The notes under the pieces were generated by a model that did no database searches, was not told the DNA's origin, and worked only from the letters and a program-made list of their open reading frames with translations. DNA of 64,000 nt from an uncultured Spirochaetota bacterium (GTDB lineage: Bacteria; Spirochaetota; Spirochaetia; SZUA-6; Fen-1364). This document shows positions 60,572 through 64,000 of the stretch, piece by piece. The position numbers and the translations under genes are program-made. Within the stretch, counting starts at the first letter, position 1; each line of letters begins with the position of its first letter. The stretch is taken from assembly GCA_963820525.1 (NCBI GenBank), contig CAWGAA010000001.1, forward strand, positions 1,248,001 through 1,312,000, read 5' to 3'.

Positions 60572-60773
60572 TCTGAACCTCGAATGTCGTCACCAAAGAC
60601 CGACTGACTTCAGGAGTAGGGAACTCCTCCAGGTAGAGCTCAGTTGCCTCACGCAGATTTGCGACTGCCTCGTCGATACTGGTTCCCTGGCTCGAAGTGC
60701 CTACCTCAGGACAAAGCGCGACCCACAGGTCGTCTTCTCGATGAACGACAGCGGTAAAAGACCTCATTGCCAT
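60564..60773 (-). CDS. hicB: HicB antitoxin
   Basis: WVALCPEVGTSSQGTSIDEAVANLREATELYLE. Confidence 0.9.
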   Translation of the reverse strand: MAMRSFTAVVHREDDLWVALCPEVGTSSQGTSIDEAVANLREATELYLEEFPTPEVSRSLVTTFEVQSV

Positions 60774-61103
60774 TGCGGATCCCTCCGGAGCCTTCCCAAC
60801 ACGACTATTGTTACCTAAATCTACCCAAATTTGAAGCCCAAGAATAAGCCTTTCAATTTCATTGATCTTTCATCCCATGTGGATGCACTCGTTTGATAAC
60901 TTGCTTCAAGTCCTCAACGAAGACGCGGGTAAGCCTCTTACGAGTGATCCGCTCGCAGCCTAGGATCGCCTTGGAGCAACGGGCTAATCTTTCTCGCTGC
61001 ACTTTTAGTTGGTAAACAATTATCGCGCCAACTTATTCAGGAGCGCTGATCTCAGGTAGGTATTGACCCCTCCCCCCCCTTGCAGGCACCATGCTGTCAA
61101 CCG

Positions 61104-61877
61104 ATGAGAAGCTCCGAGCCTTTCACCAATGCCCATGAGGCCGTCCGTGAAGCGGCCGCACTCATCCGCTCCGCCCATTACCTCACCGCCTTCACGGGCG
61201 CGGGGATCAGCGTGGAGAGCGGCATCCCGCCCTTCCGCGGGGAGGGCGGCCTGTGGAACAAGTACGACCCCCGGTTGCTCGAGCTTGACTACTTCCTGAG
61301 GCATCCTGAAGTCTCCTGGCCCATCCTCCGGGAGATCTTCTACGAGCACTTCGGCAAGGCGCGGCCCAACAGGGCCCACGAAGTGCTTGCAGCTTGGGAG
61401 GCGCGCGGCCTGCTGAAAGTCCTCATCACCCAGAACATCGACAACCTTCACTTCGAGGCCGGCTCGCGGAACGTCGTCGAGTTTCACGGAAACTCACGGA
61501 CCCTTGTCTGCATGGCTTGCCGAAAGAGCCGCCCCGCGGAGCCGAAGCTGCTGGAAGTCCTTCCTCCCCGCTGTCCCTGCGGCGGCATCTACAAGCCGGA
61601 TTTCATCTTCTTTGGAGAGGGGATCCCGCCGCGCGCCCTGGCGGAATCTCAGGATGCCGCGCGGAAAACCGATGTCATGCTGGTGGTCGGCTCCACGGGA
61701 GAGGTGTACCCGGCCGCGGCCGTTCCGCGCCAAGCCAAGGACGGCGGCGCAAAAATCATAGAGATAAATCCCTCGATGTCGGAGTTCACAATCTCCGTAA
61801 CCGACCTCTTCATCCCGCTTCAGGCGGGAGAAGCCCTTGCGCTCATCGAGCGGGAGCTCACCGGCACGCAACCATGA
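61104..61877 (+). CDS. cobB: NAD-dependent deacylase (Sir2/CobB), copy 2
   Basis: Same motifs as copy 1; 3' half near-identical, 5' half divergent. Confidence 0.92.
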   Translation: MRSSEPFTNAHEAVREAAALIRSAHYLTAFTGAGISVESGIPPFRGEGGLWNKYDPRLLELDYFLRHPEVSWPILREIFYEHFGKARPNRAHEVLAAWEARGLLKVLITQNIDNLHFEAGSRNVVEFHGNSRTLVCMACRKSRPAEPKLLEVLPPRCPCGGIYKPDFIFFGEGIPPRALAESQDAARKTDVMLVVGSTGEVYPAAAVPRQAKDGGAKIIEINPSMSEFTISVTDLFIPLQAGEALALIERELTGTQP

Positions 61878-62270
61878 AGGAGAATCTGAAGATGAAGCTC
61901 ATAGACCTTCGAAGCGATACCGTCACCCGGCCGTCGCCGGAGATGCGCAAGGCCATGTACGACGCCGAAGTGGGAGACGACGTGTACGGAGAAGACCCCG
62001 CGGTGAACAGGCTCCAAGAGCTGTCGGCCGAGATCACGGGCAAGGAGGCGGCGCTGTTCGTGAGCTCCGGTTCCATGGGGAACCTCATCCCCATCTACCT
62101 CAACTGCGGGCGCGGCAACGAGCTGCTGATCGATTCCCGCGGTCATGTCATCAATTACGAGATGGCATCGATGGCAAACATCGCGGGAAGCCTGCCCGTC
62201 GCCATCCCCACGGAAAAGGGAATCCTCGCGGCGGAGCAGCTTGGGGAGCGCATCAGACCGGACATCTATT
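61419..62270 (+). repeat. Second copy of the ~850-bp cobB-ltaE direct repeat
   Basis: Matches 10902-11754. Confidence 0.9.
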
Positions 62271-62914
62271 ACCTTCCCCATACGCGCATGGTGATACTGG
62301 AAAATACCCACAACCTGGCGGGCGGAACCCTCTATCCCCCTTTCGGTCCTCAAAGAGATCCGCTCCTTCACGCGTGAGAAAGGCTTGAGCGTCCACATGG
62401 ATGGGGCCAGGATGTTCAACGCGGCGGTCGCCTCGGGAGCCTCCCCTCGCGAGATCGCGGCCCAGACCGACACGGTGACCTTCTGCCTGTCCAAGGGCCT
62501 GGGTGCCCCGGTGGGCGCCCTGCTCTGCGGAGAGCGGCCGTTCATCCAGGAGGCCAGAAGGGTGAGAAAGATGCTTGGAGGGGGAATGCGGCAGGTGGGG
62601 GTGCTTGCCGCCGCAGGGATCTACGCCCTCAGGCACAACGTCGAGCGCCTGGCCGAAGACCACCAGAACGCGAAGGCCATCGCGCACGCGCTTTCGGTCA
62701 CGAAATGGGCCTCCGTGAATCAGGAGGATGTCGAGACGAACATCGTCTTCGCCCAGACCCTCGGCCCCGCTGACGCAGTTGTAGCGGCCTTGAAGGAGCG
62801 GGGAGGCTGTGCAGCGCCATGGGGAAAAACGCCGTGCGCCTCGTCACGCACCTCGATGTTCCGGCCAAAGACATCGCCGAGGCCGTGAAGATCATCCAGT
62901 CGGTCCGGCTGTAG
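61874..62914 (+). CDS. ltaE: Low-specificity L-threonine aldolase, full length with apparent homopolymer frameshifts (about 62340 and 62805)
   Basis: [41 protein letters not shown]. Confidence 0.85.
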
Positions 62915-62984
62915 AGTGCCCCGTGCGCCGCCCTTTGACTTCCGCGGCGCGCGGGGGTACCTTTTCTTCGAGAGGAGCATTACC

Positions 62985-63194
62985 ATGTACGTAGGGCCCG
63001 CGAACACATATAGCCTGAACCGAGTCAATGATATATTTGGCACCCAGCCCATGCAGGCACAGGAAGGAGTTCGGCCGGACAACGATGCCGATGACGTGGC
63101 GCGGAGGGCTGCCGCGGCCAATACCACGGCCGACCAGACGCGGACTCTGGAAAACCAGGCCGGCCTCGGAAACAGGATAGATACTCTCGCATAA
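62985..63194 (+). CDS. Small hypothetical protein ending in GLGNRIDTLA
   Basis: GAGGAG RBS; C-terminus resembles YjfB-like G-x-x-I-D-x-x-A tails. Confidence 0.55.
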   Translation: MYVGPANTYSLNRVNDIFGTQPMQAQEGVRPDNDADDVARRAAAANTTADQTRTLENQAGLGNRIDTLA

Positions 63195-63259
63195 GCCGGC
63201 GGCCGGACCGCTTGAAAGGCAGGCGGCCACGCCTCGCTCAGAAGGCCGCGCCCCGACGC

Positions 63260-63826
63260 TCAACCGTAGATTCTCGCTACGATCAGGCTCACCACCTGCA
63301 CCACGATAAAAGAGAGCGCTGTGCCGAGGATGAGCCCCACCGCTACATCGAATACATAGTGGATGCCGATGGCGATGCGAGACAGGACCATGATGGGGCT
63401 CCACACGACGATGGCGATGAACGCAGCGAAAGGACCGGTGATCCAGAAAAGGATCGACAGCATCGAAGCCCGCGCCGCGTGCCCCGAGGGGAAGGAGTAG
63501 GGGTCGGTTCTCCTGTAGATGGCGCCGGAAGTGCCGGGAGGGCGTTTCCTTCTCACCGACATCTTGATGATGACGGTGAGGACCTCGGCCGCAAGCAGTC
63601 CAACCACGATCATGATGACGCGAGCTTTCCATTGGGGCCCGCCGGCCAGCCATGCGCAGACCAGAAGCACGGCCAGCACTACCGCGTCTCCGGAATGAGC
63701 CACGGTCAGGGCGAGCGCGCGAAGAACCTTCCTGTCCTCAGGGATCTGCAGCGGACGGGTGATCGTCTCGTCGAGGGAGCGAAGCTCACGGATAAAGACG
63801 GCGATCCTGCCTTCCGGTTTCTCCAT
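63260..63826 (-). CDS. PAP2-family phosphatase
   Basis: K...RRKRP, SFPSGH, SRIAIGIHYVFD and TM helices. Confidence 0.9.
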   Translation of the reverse strand: MEKPEGRIAVFIRELRSLDETITRPLQIPEDRKVLRALALTVAHSGDAVVLAVLLVCAWLAGGPQWKARVIMIVVGLLAAEVLTVIIKMSVRRKRPPGTSGAIYRRTDPYSFPSGHAARASMLSILFWITGPFAAFIAIVVWSPIMVLSRIAIGIHYVFDVAVGLILGTALSFIVVQVVSLIVARIYG

Positions 63827-63879
63827 GGCGAGTTGTGTACCCGATTTGCTTGACTTTGGCTACCCCCGTGAATAGCATC

Positions 63880-64000
63880 GAATCATCGAACGAGACGCCT
63901 CCCGTCAAAAAGGCCTTTTCCCCGCAAACCCGCAAACCACGATAGAAGGGACCCTCGAGCGCATCCGCTATACGAGCGACGACGATTCCTGGAGCGTCGT
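63880..64000 (+). CDS. Probable RecD2-like helicase, N-terminus running off the window (start uncertain)
   Basis: TIEGTLERIRYTSDDDSWSV resembles the RecD2 N-terminal motif. Confidence 0.45.

Overview
This is a 64-kb bacterial window, GC-rich in its core genes; the XRE regulator and IS types suggest a spirochaete-like host, but that is inference only. Most of it is a defence and mobile-element island. From left to right: (1) an AIPR 3' remnant; (2) a four-gene operon (P-loop ATPase fused to an NDT/TIR-like domain, a CARF-like partner, TIR, caspase) that contains a type IV Thoeris-like TIR+caspase pair and is bracketed by ~200-bp inverted repeats; (3) a DUF2130-ParB-unknown operon whose last gene is split by IS1595; (4) a first cobB-ltaE' copy followed by a patchwork of metabolic genes and gene fragments around IS91-family ends; (5) a type III R-M locus with a RelE-UvrD helicase; (6) a truncated prokaryotic Argonaute upstream of Mre11/Rad50-like genes and a PLD remnant, next to a nested IS91/IS110/IS3/IS200 stack; (7) a nuclease/DUF2779/HEPN(IS66-split)/FRG/ImmA/TcmP-DUF5131 cluster, an IstA-IS630 chimeric transposase and an intact IS91-type element; (8) a P-type ATPase, a Fur/PerR-DPSL-cytochrome b5-ferritin cluster, hicBA, a second cobB-ltaE, PAP2 and the start of a probable recD2. 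Many single-base frameshifts in short homopolymers suggest long-read indel errors. All family calls come from motifs recognised by eye, not from database searches.
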